48,458 bases of DNA, from assembly GCA_001655205.1 (NCBI GenBank), contig LPNZ01009003.1, positions 1 through 48,458 on the forward strand. The letters are read 5' to 3'. Shown here one piece after another: positions 46,401 to 48,458 of the stretch (positions within the stretch are counted from its first letter, which is position 1; every line of letters starts with the position of its first letter). The position numbers were made by a program, and so were the translations under genes. A model generated the notes under the pieces. It was not told the DNA's origin. It ran no database searches and was given only the letters and a program-made list of their open reading frames with translations. The DNA is from Lenisia limosa (lineage: Eukaryota; Protista; Breviatea).

Positions 46401-48458
46401 AACTTGGGTTTTTATTTTGTTTGGGNNNNNNNNNNNNNNNNNNNNNNNNNNNNNNNNNNNNNNNNNNNNNNNNNNNNNNNNNNNNNNNNNNNNNNNNNNN
46501 NNNNNNNNNNNNNNNNNNNNNNNNNNNNNNNNNNNNNNNNNNNNNNNNNAAGGTGTCGTCGTTTGTGCAGGTTGGAACCGCTCCACATAACACTATGATA
46601 ACACTGTTATATGCACTAGTTGACATATTTTGTATTTATTGTGAAGGTTCGAGGATCAATCCCGATATTCTGGGACCAGGAGGCAACCAAGATCGGCAGG
46701 CACCAAGTGAGCCAACCGCCCTGAAAGTAATATTCATCTTTATAATATTCTGTTGTATTAAAACGAATGATATGCGCAAACTCCAATCAATTTGGTCAGA
46801 TTTATTATTTTTCTTTTTCACCCCATCCTTGATGTTTCAGGTTAAGATCACCAGATCACCGGACGCGTCAGACGCCGCGTTCCAGAAGCATGTGGCACAA
46901 ATGTCCTTCAGGTTCGATTTCACCAAACACCGTGTTGTTGAACAGAATTATTGTGTTCTCTTTTTTTTGCCTGTTTTCATACCCCCCCCCCCCTCACCCA
47001 TCAGATACGGACCCGTCTCAGCAGTGTCATTGGTGTCGAAAGAAGGTTCAGAAGTAGGGCAAATCATCCCAACCATACGACATATCCAGTGCCCTAAAAC
47101 TATATAGTTTAATTGAGAGTCCTAAAAGTTTAATTTGAGAGTGTGGTGAATTCATGCGGTATTTGTACGGTACTGATGGAATAGAATGTTCTTGGAAGCG
47201 CATTCAAGGCCATGGCCGAGCGTAACGATCTCGACTTCCTTTGGTTCGACTTCAACAATGGTGGGGGGAGGGTAAATAAGAAAAAGAAGTTGATAATATT
47301 TTTTTAAAAAAAATGCTTTGTGGGGTTTCTACAGGGACTTTCTCTAGCTATATCCCTTCATGCAGTAGAGTGCAGCCGATCTCGCAACTACCGTGGACTG
47401 GGACGAGTTGTGCGTTGGGTGTCGGAAGAGGCGGCAGTGACAGCCGACGCGTTCCAACGGACCCGGCATGGCGGAGTGTTTCTTGCCGATNNNNNNNNNN
47501 NNNNNNNNNNNNNNNNNNNNNNNNNNNNNNNNNNNNNNNNNNNNNNNNNNNNNNNNNNNNNNNNNNNNNNNNNNNNNNNNNNNNNNNNNNNNNNNNNNNN
47601 NNNNNTAAAATCAACATGTCAGCTTGATAACTTTTTTTGTTCAGGTGTCATTCGGACAAATTGCGGAGACTGTCTCTCTCGAACTAACGTTTTCCAAGTG
47701 GGCTGGGGCTGGGCAGGATACTTTCATGGAGTAGCATGTTTATGATTGCCTTCAATCTGAAACTCTAAAATCATGTCGTGTATTTCTTTGCCCTGCCTTC
47801 TTCGTATTTCTTACCCCTTTTTTAACAATCCTCTACCCTGACACCCTATGTTATGACATATGTAGACGTACCTGTCCCAAACGATCCTAGACTTGCAGAT
47901 GATTGAGGTGAGGGTCAACAATGGCATCTTGTTTACTTGATTCTTCACAACCTTGGCTCATCTTTCTTATTCCCCAGTTGGACCTCTCTGATGTTGCTCT
48001 CCAGAAGTCCGTTATTAATCTCTGGCAAGTTAGTGGCTTATTGTGTTTACTGAAGTTTGAACTGTAATGAATATCGATGGTTTGTCTATCGTTCTAAACG
48101 TTATGAACACAAACTATCGGATGTATACCTCGAAATGAGATTTTCCCTACCAAGTTAGCCCTCACCCATTAGAACAACGGTGATGCTCTTTCGAAGTTCT
48201 ATGCCGGCACCGGAACAATGAAGAGCGTGCAGGACGGCAAACAGAACACTGCGGACCGGAGCATTTCGGCCGTGGAGGATGGCCTTAAGGTATTTGGCCT
48301 GTTGCTTTTAGTGTTGCCAATTTTTTTCCTTTTCCTGTCAGCGACTCCCTCCTTGAAGCCCCCCCTATTAACCCGATATAGGTGGTGCGAAGAGCCATCG
48401 TTGGCAAGTTCAAGGGCGAGTCCAGGCACAAGGCGGTGGTGGAGCTGCTGCACCAGAG
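43464..48458 (+). CDS. SAC-domain phosphoinositide phosphatase, synaptojanin-like (continues beyond the window)
   Basis: Exons encode GLLGVLRIDG, GGFYFTRHARDLTLTTQ, HFLWN, LLHGSV, LISRISAGRAGTRFK|VRGIDDNGSVATFVETEQI, SSFVQ|VRGSIPIFWDQ, GVIRTNCGDCLSRTNVFQ, LWQ|NNGDALSKFYAGTG. The GLLGVLR and post-QVRGS region resemble synaptojanin more than Sac1/Fig4 (from memory). The start is uncertain and a 5-phosphatase domain would lie outside the window. Confidence 0.9.
44320..45135. mobile_element. Foldback/MITE-like non-autonomous element with ~160-bp imperfect terminal inverted repeats, inside the SAC gene
   Basis: The reverse complement of 44334-44494 aligns along its length with 44969-45130 (aagaaaaacattcgtg, ggattcactaaaaaat, tttgaaaaat shared). 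Internal subrepeats are ttcactaaa/tttagtgaa. No transposase ORF, and no clean target-site duplication seen. Confidence 0.75.

Larger units (their letters stand above)
742..47605. other. Assembly gaps (N runs) at about 742-887, 4213-4256, 7395-7516, 7784-7821, 9101-9174, 15016-15076, 28431-28518, 46426-46549, 47491-47605
   Basis: Seen directly. Some abut poly-G runs, and they hide exon or intron segments of LRMDA, POMP, the giant gene and the SAC gene. Confidence 0.98.

Noticed and set aside
46252-47745. Long ORFs in the track (237 aa, 141 aa, and similarly 608-1088, 7055-7540, 14712-15239)
   Set aside because: They read through N gaps and intron sequence. Only parts correspond to real exons.
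1-48458. Non-standard genetic code or stop readthrough
   Set aside because: All conserved genes could be reconstructed with standard-code exons, and apparent in-frame stops were resolved by alternative splice sites.

Overview
Eukaryotic genomic DNA with very dense, short spliceosomal introns (weak GT donors, pyrimidine-rich AG acceptors) and nine N gaps. The ORF track is almost entirely spurious here, so genes were reconstructed exon by exon by eye and all splice models are manual and unvalidated. Nine genes in order: LRMDA-like LRR gene (-, runs off the left edge); unknown small gene (+); proteasome maturation factor POMP/UMP1 (-); a 23-kb gene for a giant Cys-rich cell-surface protein with a multi-pass TRP/Flc-like C-terminus (+); an unknown gene with a degenerate MYND-like finger (-); TRAPPC2/sedlin (+); ribulose-phosphate 3-epimerase (-); adenosine kinase (+); an MPPED-like metallophosphoesterase (+). 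A tenth, synaptojanin-like SAC phosphatase gene (+) runs off the right edge. Introns carry a foldback/MITE-like element, two small interspersed repeat families, many tandem duplications, G-runs behind 5' splice sites and palindromic ATATCAT/ATGATAT tracts. Best leads: a possible exon in the loop of a ~160-bp inverted repeat, a variant SAC catalytic loop (CGDCLSRT), G-run-marked weak donors, a hairpin repeat family related to the foldback terminus, an alternative acceptor toggling a long C-terminal tail, and Cys clusters at both ends of adenosine kinase. I found no CRISPR array, rRNA, tRNA or transposase, and nothing here proves a wholly new system. The taxon cannot be fixed from this window.
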